The notes: generated from the letters alone by a model not told the origin. 64,000 nt of DNA from IMGVR_UViG_3300044701_002789:186001-250000; one strand, 5' to 3'; counted from the first letter of the stretch, positions 1 through 8,025 are shown. Program-made: numbers and translations.

Positions 1-150
1 AATATCATGAGAAGATTGTATCGCATTATGAGTTTGATACCAGGTCATCAATTCTTCATAAAGTGTTGGAGGTTTGTTTTCTTCAAAGTATTCATCCATT
101 ACACGGAGAATATCTTTCAATCTCTTGTCGTTTTCTTCTTCAGAAATCAT
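1..150 (-). CDS. hypothetical protein, runs off window start
   Basis: Hand translation MISEEENDKRLKDILRVMDEYFEENKPP..., open to position 1; overlaps the upstream gene end. Confidence 0.55.
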   Translation of the reverse strand, partial: MISEEENDKRLKDILRVMDEYFEENKPPTLYEELMTWYQTHNAIQSSHDI

Positions 151-334
151 TATTTACTTTCCCCTGTAACATCTCATTAACTTTGGTGCATTCTTCTGGA
201 GACAAATTGTATTTTCCATTTTCACTCCAAAACTCATTACTTCCATCATAAGAGTACATACCGTAAATGCAATGAACAAGATAAGAAATTTGATTTTTAT
301 TTAGTGTAAGAGTAAAAGTTTCTTCTTCAGTCAT
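140..334 (-). CDS. hypothetical protein
   Basis: 64-aa ORF coupled to neighbours by ATGA overlap. Confidence 0.65.
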   Translation of the reverse strand: MTEEETFTLTLNKNQISYLVHCIYGMYSYDGSNEFWSENGKYNLSPEECTKVNEMLQGKVNNDF

Positions 335-486
335 TTTTGTTCCTCCAGTTTTTCAATACGAGTTAGAATTTCTTTGAGTAATCCAATAAGACAATCATAG
401 TCAATACTTTCAATATTATTCCCATCTTCCATATCAATATAATTAGAATAACAAAGTTCCTGCTTCAGATTTCGGTCGTCACTCAT
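331..486 (-). CDS. hypothetical protein (51 aa, not in ORF track)
   Basis: Hand translation MSDDRNLKQELCYSNYIDMEDG...EKLEEQK; fills the gap with overlapping start/stop. Confidence 0.6.
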   Translation of the reverse strand: MSDDRNLKQELCYSNYIDMEDGNNIESIDYDCLIGLLKEILTRIEKLEEQK

Positions 487-703
487 TTTTCAAAATCTCC
501 ATAATAACATTTACACAATCAGGACAAGGAACCAATCGTCCTCCATTCATCACACTATAAGTTGCGTGGTCAATATCTTGGAATGGAATATCAAAATTAT
601 GTAGTTTTTCTCCACACCAAGATGTTTTAAGTTTATCTGCGTGAGTGTGTTGAATGCACTTGATGTATTCTGGTCGGTTTTTACTCATTTTTACCACCAT
701 CAA
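479..703 (-). CDS. hypothetical protein, possible Zn-binding (C..H, WC, CPDC)
   Basis: ORF in tightly packed operon; start may be 688. Confidence 0.6.
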   Translation of the reverse strand: MMVVKMSKNRPEYIKCIQHTHADKLKTSWCGEKLHNFDIPFQDIDHATYSVMNGGRLVPCPDCVNVIMEILKNE

Positions 704-866
704 AGTAATTAGTTGCGTTTAGTGTTTCCATTCTTACAATTTCCTCAAATGCTTCTCCAAGAGTATCAGCATATCCAGAGAATAGGTCAATGTGTTCAGG
801 ACCAGTTTGTAAGTTCCACTGAAACCTACCAGTTCCAGTGCAATCTTGTTCTATTTGGATTTTCAT
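681..866 (-). CDS. hypothetical protein
   Basis: 61-aa ORF, coupled. Confidence 0.6.
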   Translation of the reverse strand: MKIQIEQDCTGTGRFQWNLQTGPEHIDLFSGYADTLGEAFEEIVRMETLNATNYFDGGKNE

Positions 867-1141
867 CTATCGCACCACTCTCGTAAATCTATAATGTCCC
901 ACCAATCACAATTCCTATCACCATAAGTCCCACCCTTTACAACATAAGTTTCGTGAGTGGATTTGATTTCTCCTTTGTTTTTACCTTTGGTGTAATAGGT
1001 GTGATGTTGTTTGAATTCTATTTGTTCCTTTGCTTCTTCATAAGTTTCAAAACAGTCAATCCAATCACCAGTGCCTGATGAGGGATAGTAAGCATCTCCC
1101 GCAATAAGCAAAAATGGTTTTCTCATCGTGATTTCTCCCAT
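863..1141 (-). CDS. hypothetical protein
   Basis: 92-aa ORF, coupled; start may be 1126. Confidence 0.65.
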   Translation of the reverse strand: MGEITMRKPFLLIAGDAYYPSSGTGDWIDCFETYEEAKEQIEFKQHHTYYTKGKNKGEIKSTHETYVVKGGTYGDRNCDWWDIIDLREWCDR

Positions 1142-1650
1142 TCACTATATGCAGCAATTAGTTCTTCTGCAAGTTTATCATCTTCAACAAAAGTCAATAC
1201 AGTCCTTTGAATTCTATACCAAAACCTACCAATCAGTGCATAATCTTTACCATCATAAACAAATTTATCCCCCGCAATACAACTAACATAAGTCAGTTTG
1301 GGTTTATGGAATTTTTCGTATTTCTTTAAAATTGCAATTTGTCGTTCGGTTTTATTGCCGAAAGTTTGATTGAATGCATCGTAAAATTCCGCAGCAATTT
1401 CCTCATAGTTTGGTTCAGTCATTTTGGGTTCTTCTGTGGTTTGAATGGACACAACTGTAGGTTGAATGGATACAATATCATATTTGCTTAATTTATCAAT
1501 TAAAATCTCACCACGTCTGGTATAAAAATTATTTTCAAAAATGTAGGGGTAATCTTTAGCATAAGGAGAACGAAATAGTGTTCCAGTTGCAGTAAAACCA
1601 TTTCTAAATCTTACTGTAACTTTACGATTTACAAATTGGTCAAGGTTCAT
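1123..1650 (-). CDS. hypothetical protein
   Basis: 175-aa ORF with GAGGA RBS. Confidence 0.7.
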   Translation of the reverse strand: MNLDQFVNRKVTVRFRNGFTATGTLFRSPYAKDYPYIFENNFYTRRGEILIDKLSKYDIVSIQPTVVSIQTTEEPKMTEPNYEEIAAEFYDAFNQTFGNKTERQIAILKKYEKFHKPKLTYVSCIAGDKFVYDGKDYALIGRFWYRIQRTVLTFVEDDKLAEELIAAYSEWEKSR

Positions 1651-1660
1651 TTTAGTGTCC

Positions 1661-1948
1661 TCAACAATAACTAAAGTGGAATTTTTGTTGAAATGTGAAG
1701 AATGAGGTTTCTTTTTCTTTCATCATTTTCCTAATCTTATAAGGAACATAATCACCATATTTTTCAAGAAATACTTTTTCAGGGAACTCATCAATACCAC
1801 CATAGTAATGTGGAGTTCCTAAAAAGGACTTAAAGTTCTCAAGAATTTCACCTTTGTCCCAATGAGAACTGACCATTATAAAAATGGTTCTACCTTCTCC
1901 AGTCCCAAAATAATCAACAACATAACAAGTGAAATGGTCTTCAGTCAT
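1661..1948 (-). CDS. hypothetical protein
   Basis: 95-aa ORF, coupled. Confidence 0.65.
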   Translation of the reverse strand: MTEDHFTCYVVDYFGTGEGRTIFIMVSSHWDKGEILENFKSFLGTPHYYGGIDEFPEKVFLEKYGDYVPYKIRKMMKEKETSFFTFQQKFHFSYC

Positions 1949-2390
1949 TCACTCTCTCCATTGTTGCTAATTTTTCGGTCCCCCATCGCATAGGTGCATC
2001 ATAATTAACACCTAACATTTTATTCCAATTTCTTGGAGAATTTTCACTCTCAACCACACCTTCTTCCACTGCTCGTTCCCATGAAAGTTTATGTTCAATC
2101 ACTTTATAAAGGTCATAAAGAATTCCATTACTTTCTGGAAGGTCTGGATGACCGATACCCAGTGAAGATGCACTACCGTCAATGTTATCAATCATATGTT
2201 GAGAAAGAATTGAACCAATCAATCTCATATCGTTATGAAATTGTTCATAGTCAATTGGTTTCTTAAGGGGAAGATTATCTTCAATTTCTCTAACCTGACC
2301 TAACTGAATTCTTTGTAAGAGGTTGCAGGCATCCATCAGTGCTTTTGCTTGTTTTTCAGTGATGGTGAGTGTGTATTTTTTAGTCATCAT
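1941..2390 (-). CDS. hypothetical protein
   Basis: 149-aa ORF, coupled. Confidence 0.7.
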   Translation of the reverse strand: MMTKKYTLTITEKQAKALMDACNLLQRIQLGQVREIEDNLPLKKPIDYEQFHNDMRLIGSILSQHMIDNIDGSASSLGIGHPDLPESNGILYDLYKVIEHKLSWERAVEEGVVESENSPRNWNKMLGVNYDAPMRWGTEKLATMERVND

Positions 2391-2641
2391 TTAGGAAAGA
2401 AACGAATAGTGTAACCCTTCAAAGGTGCAGAACAAACGACACCTCTCACTGGAGTTCCATTAGGACTTGTTGCAGTGAAGTTGAGACGATACATATCGTC
2501 TTGACTACAAGCAAAAGGATTAAATCCAGTAATTTCTACATTGGTGTATCCTTGTTCCTCAAGAATTGTGGTTGATGTTGCATTTCCATTGCAAGATGCA
2601 AGAAGAAAACAAAGAGCAATAATAGCAATTAGTTGTTTCAT
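2387..2641 (-). CDS. small lipoprotein
   Basis: MKQ + hydrophobic stretch + lipobox LASC; two further Cys. Confidence 0.75.
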   Translation of the reverse strand: MKQLIAIIALCFLLASCNGNATSTTILEEQGYTNVEITGFNPFACSQDDMYRLNFTATSPNGTPVRGVVCSAPLKGYTIRFFPK

Positions 2642-2895
2642 TGGGAATAATAATCAAGAAGTGAAAGAAGTTGTTCTGTGCCTTTATCAGTGGTAATAAG
2701 ATTTGCAGGAACCTTACCATCCAGATGTTTATTTGGTGTTTGCATCCAGTGGTGCATTAAAACTTCGTCGTGTCCCATTAGATTAGAAAGTTGAGACCAA
2801 ATGAGAAGAAACTTTAAGTCATCATACCACTGAATGAGACCTAATATTTCACCTGCCTTTCCTGCAGATTTTTGTAGAAGGTGTTTGTCGGTCAT
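2638..2895 (-). CDS. Xre/MbcA/ParS-type antitoxin C-terminal (toxin-binding) domain protein
   Basis: LMGHDEVLMHHWMQTPNKHLDGKVPANLITTDKGTEQLLSLL matches the W-x3-PN-x2-L-x-G-x2-P-x2-L-x2-T-x2-G family pattern. Confidence 0.7.
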   Translation of the reverse strand: MTDKHLLQKSAGKAGEILGLIQWYDDLKFLLIWSQLSNLMGHDEVLMHHWMQTPNKHLDGKVPANLITTDKGTEQLLSLLDYYSQ

Positions 2896-3119
2896 TTCCT
2901 ATCCCCCCATAGTTGTTCAAAATACCTACCATTTCTACCACAATACATCTCATATTCTCTAGCATCTTTACACAACTTACCTTTTTTGTCTCCAGTCACC
3001 ATATCACCAGTTATGATTGGGTTGTAACATTTATCAAGTGAGTTGCTCCCAAAAAGATGTCCTAACCAACTTTTCTCATAATAGAGACAATCTTTACATA
3101 GTTTGCGTTGTTCAGTCAT
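2892..3119 (-). CDS. Cys-rich hypothetical protein
   Basis: CKDC..C..C..C; start moved to 3119 because the -10 box lies at 3141-3146. Confidence 0.6.
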   Translation of the reverse strand: MTEQRKLCKDCLYYEKSWLGHLFGSNSLDKCYNPIITGDMVTGDKKGKLCKDAREYEMYCGRNGRYFEQLWGDRK

Positions 3120-3140
3120 AAGTTTTCTTTGATTACTCAT

Positions 3141-3197
3141 ATCATAACACAAAATCCACCACCCCACAAGAGGTAGTGTGACGGTTTCTCAAGTGTC
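3141..3197 (-). promoter_or_regulatory. early promoter module (palindrome + 33 nt + -10 TATGAT)
   Basis: + strand GACGGTT-TCTC-AAGTGTC at 3180-3197; TGtTATGAT on minus. Confidence 0.75.
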
Positions 3198-3647
3198 CTG
3201 TAGTTTAATGTATTTAAAATCTTGGTCATTAGTGCTCCAATGAATTTCTTTAATTGTAGGACAATTGGTAATGATGTAGTTGTAGCAAATTCTACAACAG
3301 AAACTATTTCTCAAATCATTACCACCGTGACCTCCCACCCTACAAATCACAAGTTTATTCCCAGGTTTTTGTGCTTTCAGGATACAATTGATTTCACAAT
3401 GAAGATATGTCTTGAGACGCAAACTCTTGTCCTTATACTTATTTGCCGCCATTACTGCAGCATAAAACTGTTGAGTATGCGTGTTCTCATAAGAATTAAT
3501 GCCCGAAGAAATCAATTTATTTCTTTTATCCAACAAAATTGCACCCATCTTTTTAGGTGCATTAGATGCTTTTGCAACTGCAATGACTTGATTGAGAATA
3601 GAATTCTTCAAATACGAAGGTTGTGCAATCAACGAGGCATCAATCAT
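3189..3647 (-). CDS. Zn-dependent cytidine/dCMP deaminase-fold protein
   Basis: KMGAILLD, LHCEINCI (HxE), FCCRIC (PCxxC variant). Confidence 0.8.
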   Translation of the reverse strand: MIDASLIAQPSYLKNSILNQVIAVAKASNAPKKMGAILLDKRNKLISSGINSYENTHTQQFYAAVMAANKYKDKSLRLKTYLHCEINCILKAQKPGNKLVICRVGGHGGNDLRNSFCCRICYNYIITNCPTIKEIHWSTNDQDFKYIKLQDT

Positions 3648-3671
3648 TATCAAGGAGTTATCAGTGGTATT

Positions 3672-3728
3672 ATTGTATCACAGGTTCCTTGGATACCTCA
3701 AGGTCATTGTGACGGTTTGGAGAGTGTC
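3672..3728 (-). promoter_or_regulatory. early promoter module (-10 TACAAT)
   Basis: GACGGTT-TGGA-GAGTGTC at 3711-3728; 33-nt spacer with CCTTG/CAAGG hairpin. Confidence 0.75.
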
Positions 3729-3964
3729 CGGTAGTAATAAAACATTGCTTTAATTCTTAAAAGTATATTCTCATCACTTGCGGGGTTTTCCCTGATATGT
3801 TGAATGAAAGTTCTTGCGGTTACACTCTTTAGATTTTTAAATGAATAATCTAAAATAATATTCAGTTCTTCTGTTGTAGAAAACATAGAATAACTTTTTT
3901 GATATACATAAGACAACTCACTAAAAGATGGATTTGGATTATTAAAGATTTCGTGTAAGTTCAT
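3704..3964 (-). CDS. LRV/HEAT-like paralog 1
   Basis: NNPNPSFSEL, STTEELNII, ENPASDENILLRIKAM. Confidence 0.7.
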   Translation of the reverse strand: MNLHEIFNNPNPSFSELSYVYQKSYSMFSTTEELNIILDYSFKNLKSVTARTFIQHIRENPASDENILLRIKAMFYYYRTLSKPSQ

Positions 3965-4199
3965 TCACTTTAGTAAGTGCTTTGATTTTTAAAAGTAACT
4001 CCTCATCACTTGCGGGATTTCTTTTGAGGTTTTCTAACAATCCTTCTGTACTAATTAAACCTACTCTTTCATTGGAACCGCAAAAATTTAAAATAAGGTT
4101 TAATTCCTCTAGTGAAGACCCATAACGACTTCTATCTCCAATGAATATTGCTTCTTTAATTGATATGTATTCTTTAAGTAAGATTTCTTTTAAATCCAT
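3942..4199 (-). CDS. LRV/HEAT-like paralog 2
   Basis: SSLEELNLIL, RNPASDEELLLKIKAL. Confidence 0.7.
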   Translation of the reverse strand: MDLKEILLKEYISIKEAIFIGDRSRYGSSLEELNLILNFCGSNERVGLISTEGLLENLKRNPASDEELLLKIKALTKVNELTRNL

Positions 4200-4444
4200 C
4201 CTTCAATATCTCCTCTAATAAGTGATTTAATTTTCAAAAATAATTCTTCATCACATGCAGGATTTTCTTTTATGTTTTGGACAAGTAATGCTCCAAAGTA
4301 ACTCCATAATTTATCCGTAAAACAATAATCCACAAGAATATTAAGTTCTTCCAACGAAGACATTACGGAACTACTTTTGTCTAAAATATAAAGAAGTTCA
4401 TTTTCACTTGGATAAGGAATAGATATAATTTCTTGTAAATTCAT
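4190..4444 (-). CDS. LRV/HEAT-like paralog 3
   Basis: SSLEELNILV, ENPACDEELFLKIKSL. Confidence 0.7.
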   Translation of the reverse strand: MNLQEIISIPYPSENELLYILDKSSSVMSSLEELNILVDYCFTDKLWSYFGALLVQNIKENPACDEELFLKIKSLIRGDIEGWI

Positions 4445-4856
4445 ATGCTTTAATCAATAAGGCAAGGTCTTCGGTGCAGTTAGGATGTTGGAGAATTCTA
4501 TTCTTAATAAGTAGTCTATCAACATTCCAATACACATCACTAATTTTAAATATAATATTTTCCAAGACTTTTACATTAGTGTTTCTATTGTTTGCAATCA
4601 AATAATACAAATGTGGGTCTGTATTAAGTTCATAAATTTCCTCTATGATTTTAGAAGATGCATTAGGATGCCTTGCAATAGAACTACGAATGTAAGATAA
4701 GTGATTTAATCTACTGAAGATTACTTCCAATTCTTTCGTTGATGAATTGGGATTGTGCGTAATGTCTAATGGACTTTTTAAGGAATAAGTAAAACCATAA
4801 TCATAATACCACAAGAACCAATAACACTGTTTAAGAAACTTGAGTATCTTATTCAT
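4404..4856 (-). CDS. LRV/HEAT-like paralog 4 (multi-repeat)
   Basis: HNPNSS, IARHPNAS, IANNRNTN, ILQHPNCTEDLALLIKAYEF; start at MNKILK with GGAG RBS. Confidence 0.75.
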   Translation of the reverse strand: MNKILKFLKQCYWFLWYYDYGFTYSLKSPLDITHNPNSSTKELEVIFSRLNHLSYIRSSIARHPNASSKIIEEIYELNTDPHLYYLIANNRNTNVKVLENIIFKISDVYWNVDRLLIKNRILQHPNCTEDLALLIKAYEFTRNYIYSLSK

Positions 4857-5002
4857 AAGGTCTCCACAAAATCCATTGCTTTTGTTCTTAAATAAACAGT
4901 TTCTTCTAAATCCGGATAACAATAAGAGAAATGTATTGCACGATTTCTATCATAGAAATTTTTAGAATATGCAAGTTTCAAAATCAATTCTTTAATAGTC
5001 AT
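4853..5002 (-). CDS. LRV/HEAT-like paralog 5 (49 aa, not in ORF track)
   Basis: Hand translation MTIKELILKLAYSKNFYDRNRAIHFSYCYPDLEETVYLRTKAMDFVETL. Confidence 0.7.
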   Translation of the reverse strand: MTIKELILKLAYSKNFYDRNRAIHFSYCYPDLEETVYLRTKAMDFVETL

Positions 5003-5210
5003 CTTCTATTACTAATTGAGACCTATATGAATAACTATCTACCCACCTCTTTGCCTTTACTGTTAATATGATTTCTTCTGTTGAATGTGGGTGGTTTTCT
5101 GCAATTTTCCTATTCAAATAAGAACTGGAGGTAGCAAGTTGCATCAACCATTTTCTTGTGCGTTCAAGTTTAACATAAGGAATTAAACTCTTAAACAAAT
5201 AGTAGGTCAT
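4992..5210 (-). CDS. LRV/HEAT-like paralog 6
   Basis: LATSSSYLNRKIAENHPHSTEEIILTVKAKRW. Confidence 0.7.
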   Translation of the reverse strand: MTYYLFKSLIPYVKLERTRKWLMQLATSSSYLNRKIAENHPHSTEEIILTVKAKRWVDSYSYRSQLVIEDDY

Positions 5211-5368
5211 AAACTCTCCAAGAAGTTCATTGCTTTTGCTAGTAAAATGATTTCTTCTGTTGATGCATAATGATGTAGTGCATAATGTCTAAAATATGAG
5301 TTTTTAGATAAAGCACAATTTATTAAATCACTTTTTAACTTTATCCAATACAAGATTTCATTTTCCAT
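5207..5368 (-). CDS. LRV/HEAT-like paralog 7 (53 aa, not in ORF track)
   Basis: Hand translation MENEILYWIKLKSDLINCALSKNSYFRHYALHHYASTEEIILLAKAMNFLESL. Confidence 0.7.
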   Translation of the reverse strand: MENEILYWIKLKSDLINCALSKNSYFRHYALHHYASTEEIILLAKAMNFLESL

Positions 5369-5520
5369 TATCTCACCAGACCTTCAATAAAATCCATTGC
5401 TTTTGCAGTGAGAACGATTTCTTCTGTTGATTTATAATGATGCTGTGCATAATACCTATAAAAATAGTGCTCACTTACAGCAAAACGAAGTAATAATATT
5501 AATTCTTCTGTATCTTCCAT
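5368..5520 (-). CDS. LRV/HEAT-like paralog 8 (50 aa, not in ORF track)
   Basis: Hand translation MEDTEELILLLRFAVSEHYFYRYYAQHHYKSTEEIVLTAKAMDFIEGLVR. Confidence 0.7.
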   Translation of the reverse strand: MEDTEELILLLRFAVSEHYFYRYYAQHHYKSTEEIVLTAKAMDFIEGLVR

Positions 5521-6380
5521 CACCCAACAACAGAAGAAATCAGTTCCTCTACCTCTTTGCGTTCTTCAACTGGAATTGAAGAGTTACCAATTCCCACGCA
5601 CTGTTTCACCTGAACCTGACCTTTCTTGAGTGCATTGTAGTCCAACTCAAAGGTATAGGTTGGTTTGTTCTCCTTCTCAATCAGGAAGATTGCACTGCGT
5701 TCTCCAAGGATTTTATCCTCATAAGATGCAACACAATTCCGCACTCTCTTACCCCAGAGTGTGAGTTCCAGAGTATCGTTAGGTTCATAGATTTTATAAG
5801 AGTTCTTCTCAATCGGTAGAGGAATGAACTCTTTCTTATGTTCCTTATTGGTTGTGGTAGAGACAATATAAAGATGAGACATATGGTCGTGGAACTCTTC
5901 CAACCTCCAACGACGAGGACGAGTGATGGTTTCTTTACGAGAAACCAGTTGAACCATCTGTTTGAAAGTATCTGCAATTATATTGTCTGTCTTCTGGAGA
6001 CCTTCCTTATCATAATAAGTTTGAACCATATGCAGGAAAGTCGTAGAGGTCATCTGGTCTTTCATCCAGTCCCTTACTTCTGGTTTTACACAGTTGTAGA
6101 GTTCATAAATTTCCAGGATTTTTTCGTAGGTCTGGAAATAATCTACTGGAACATCATTCCACACTTGATTTACAAATGCAATGTTATTGATATAATTGAC
6201 TGAAGTATAGAACGGCACAAGTTCATTGATTTTCTTGGAACCAAAATACTTCTTGAATGAAGGAGTGTTGAAAAAGTCCTGAATTTTATCAGTAATAGGT
6301 TCTTTTACATAAGTAAGAATTGCATCCAGATTGGTGTTAAAATCAACAGAAAGTTCAACAGGGGATTTAGGTGCGGTCAT
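5520..6380 (-). CDS. PcfJ-like domain protein
   Basis: C-terminal LTLWGKRVRNCVASY...AIFLIE...TFEL...KQCVGIGN pattern. Confidence 0.7.
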   Translation of the reverse strand: MTAPKSPVELSVDFNTNLDAILTYVKEPITDKIQDFFNTPSFKKYFGSKKINELVPFYTSVNYINNIAFVNQVWNDVPVDYFQTYEKILEIYELYNCVKPEVRDWMKDQMTSTTFLHMVQTYYDKEGLQKTDNIIADTFKQMVQLVSRKETITRPRRWRLEEFHDHMSHLYIVSTTTNKEHKKEFIPLPIEKNSYKIYEPNDTLELTLWGKRVRNCVASYEDKILGERSAIFLIEKENKPTYTFELDYNALKKGQVQVKQCVGIGNSSIPVEERKEVEELISSVVG

Positions 6381-6402
6381 AATAGTTGAATTACTTGGTA
6401 GT

Positions 6403-6459
6403 AGTTTAACAGAAAATCAGTGAGAAAGGGAAGGGTCTTGTGACGGTTTGGAAAGTGTC
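6403..6459 (-). promoter_or_regulatory. early promoter module (-10 TAAACT)
   Basis: GACGGTT-TGGA-AAGTGTC at 6442-6459; 33-nt spacer. Confidence 0.75.
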
Positions 6460-6471
6460 TTATCGTCTAAA

Positions 6472-6858
6472 TCAACTGGGTTCTTCAAATGGATTCTTTA
6501 AGTAATCAAATGATGATTTTTTAGATAATTGCAAGCAATTCAAAAAATAAAAAGTATTTGGTAATAAGTTAGTAACACCATAATCATTTCTTGAAATAAA
6601 GGTCTCTGCTTTACGCAAGAGATGCAAATAATCTTTCTGTTCTTCTGTTGCGACAGTTTTTGCAATAATAAAATTAATTAGATTAGAATAACTGCAATCA
6701 TAATAATAAAAATTAAACTCATCTTCATCTCTGTAAGAATTTTTTGGTGAGTAATTAAATTTACCCAAATTATCAATGACCCACTGTATGTCTTTTGGGT
6801 CTTGGGTTTTATGCACTAATTTGAAGATGTTTTCAATTTTATGATTGGGATACAACAT
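6472..6858 (-). CDS. hypothetical protein, remote member of the KA-helix family
   Basis: TEEQKDYLHLLRKAETF. Confidence 0.6.
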   Translation of the reverse strand: MLYPNHKIENIFKLVHKTQDPKDIQWVIDNLGKFNYSPKNSYRDEDEFNFYYYDCSYSNLINFIIAKTVATEEQKDYLHLLRKAETFISRNDYGVTNLLPNTFYFLNCLQLSKKSSFDYLKNPFEEPS

Positions 6859-7141
6859 TGCAAAAATGATAAGATTTAAGAATTAGATGCATTTTGTCTT
6901 TAGTTTTGACTGATAGTTTCTCATATTGGTGGAGAGGTATAGAGTAAATAATACCCCTAATTAAATCCTTTTGAATGTATTGAAATATAAGATATGAAAA
7001 ACTAATGGAATAAAAGTCATTCTCATCTTCTTCAAATTCATCAATATGCTCCATAATTTCTTCTACTGCTTCTTTTAGACGAAATGTAGGGCATTGATTA
7101 AGAAGTTGAAACACCTCTTTGATTGTGGTGGGTTCAGTCAT
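6839..7141 (-). CDS. hypothetical protein, remote member of the KA-helix family
   Basis: TIKEV N-terminus like 7134-7526; MHLILKSYHF C-terminus. Confidence 0.55.
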   Translation of the reverse strand: MTEPTTIKEVFQLLNQCPTFRLKEAVEEIMEHIDEFEEDENDFYSISFSYLIFQYIQKDLIRGIIYSIPLHQYEKLSVKTKDKMHLILKSYHFCNVVSQS

Positions 7142-7526
7142 TGCGAGTGTCTCCTATCCAGGAGTTAAATGATTTGGTTGTTCTATTCATCCATTTCATT
7201 GCTTTAATTGTCACCAAATCATCTTCCTTTGTATTTGGGTTTTTCCACACTTTAGACCTTACCATTGAAGTGTTGTCTGTGGATAACCGTTGAAGAATTC
7301 CTGAAGGACAATTAGGATTTTCTGCAACTACAGCACGAACAAAACAATCATTATCAAATGAGATTAAATTTAATGTCGTTTGAGACACATTTAGATGTTC
7401 TGCAATGTTTGCAAGAACAATCCAATCCTTAAATGCCCAATAGATTAGGTGAAGGTCTTCTGCAGATGTAGTTGGGTCTTCAGTGAGTTCCTTAAGTTCT
7501 TTAATTGTAAGTTCTTCAGGGTTCAT
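7134..7526 (-). CDS. leucine-rich-repeat-variant (LRV/HEAT-like) protein
   Basis: LANIAEHLN, VRAVVAENPNCP, VRSKVWKNPNTKEDDLVTIKAMKW. Confidence 0.8.
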   Translation of the reverse strand: MNPEELTIKELKELTEDPTTSAEDLHLIYWAFKDWIVLANIAEHLNVSQTTLNLISFDNDCFVRAVVAENPNCPSGILQRLSTDNTSMVRSKVWKNPNTKEDDLVTIKAMKWMNRTTKSFNSWIGDTRND

Positions 7527-7547
7527 TGCAAGTTCTTCAGTTGCATC

Positions 7548-7603
7548 ATTCTACCACAGAAACTTCATCAGTTGGGAAACTCAAAGTCAGTTGCGAAAGT
7601 GTC
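7548..7603 (-). promoter_or_regulatory. early promoter module (-10 TGgTAGAAT)
   Basis: GTCAGTT-GCGA-AAGTGTC at 7586-7603, inside the 3' end of the upstream ORF; 32-nt spacer. Confidence 0.7.
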
Positions 7604-7831
7604 CTTTACCCAGTTGTGATTGAGGATTTCAATACAGAAACAGATTTTCCAACAAGAAATCATAATGTCTATGATACTATTAAGACCAAGATAAAGAATT
7701 AAAGAAGGTCCTGTTGGGTAATCATTCCAACTGAAAGAGAGTTGAAGTAATGACCTTTCTTTGAACTGAATAATTGCGAGGCAGTATTCAGTGCCGAAAT
7801 CCTCACGAATAAAAAAATCCAAGATTTTCAT
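7568..7831 (-). CDS. hypothetical protein
   Basis: 87-aa ORF, coupled. Confidence 0.65.
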   Translation of the reverse strand: MKILDFFIREDFGTEYCLAIIQFKERSLLQLSFSWNDYPTGPSLILYLGLNSIIDIMISCWKICFCIEILNHNWVKDTFATDFEFPN

Positions 7832-8025
7832 GAAGTTAGTTCCTCTGCTAATTGGAGTAAGTCATTTTGGTCTAAGACAATAATACCGTTCTGAGCATTA
7901 TAAAATTTAACTTTAGAAGGAAGCAACTTAAGAATTTCAGCAACTAATTGTTCTTCTGTTTCTGCTCCATTGTTTCTTGCTTCCCATATGGAGTTCATAA
8001 AATCTTTTGTTCTTTCAGTCATCAT
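7828..8025 (-). CDS. hypothetical protein
   Basis: 65-aa ORF, coupled. Confidence 0.65.
   Translation of the reverse strand: MMTERTKDFMNSIWEARNNGAETEEQLVAEILKLLPSKVKFYNAQNGIIVLDQNDLLQLAEELTS

Noticed and set aside
1641-1659. Degenerate dyad CAAGGTT-N5-TAGTGTC
   Set aside because: Wrong spacer, no -10 at 32-33 nt; explained by the GAGGA RBS and start codon
4944-4960. Perfect inverted repeat ATTTCTAT-C-ATAGAAAT with a nearby TTGCAT/TATGAT
   Set aside because: Lies inside the newly found 4853-5002 ORF; AT-only stem with a 1-nt loop; promoter spacing is only 14 nt
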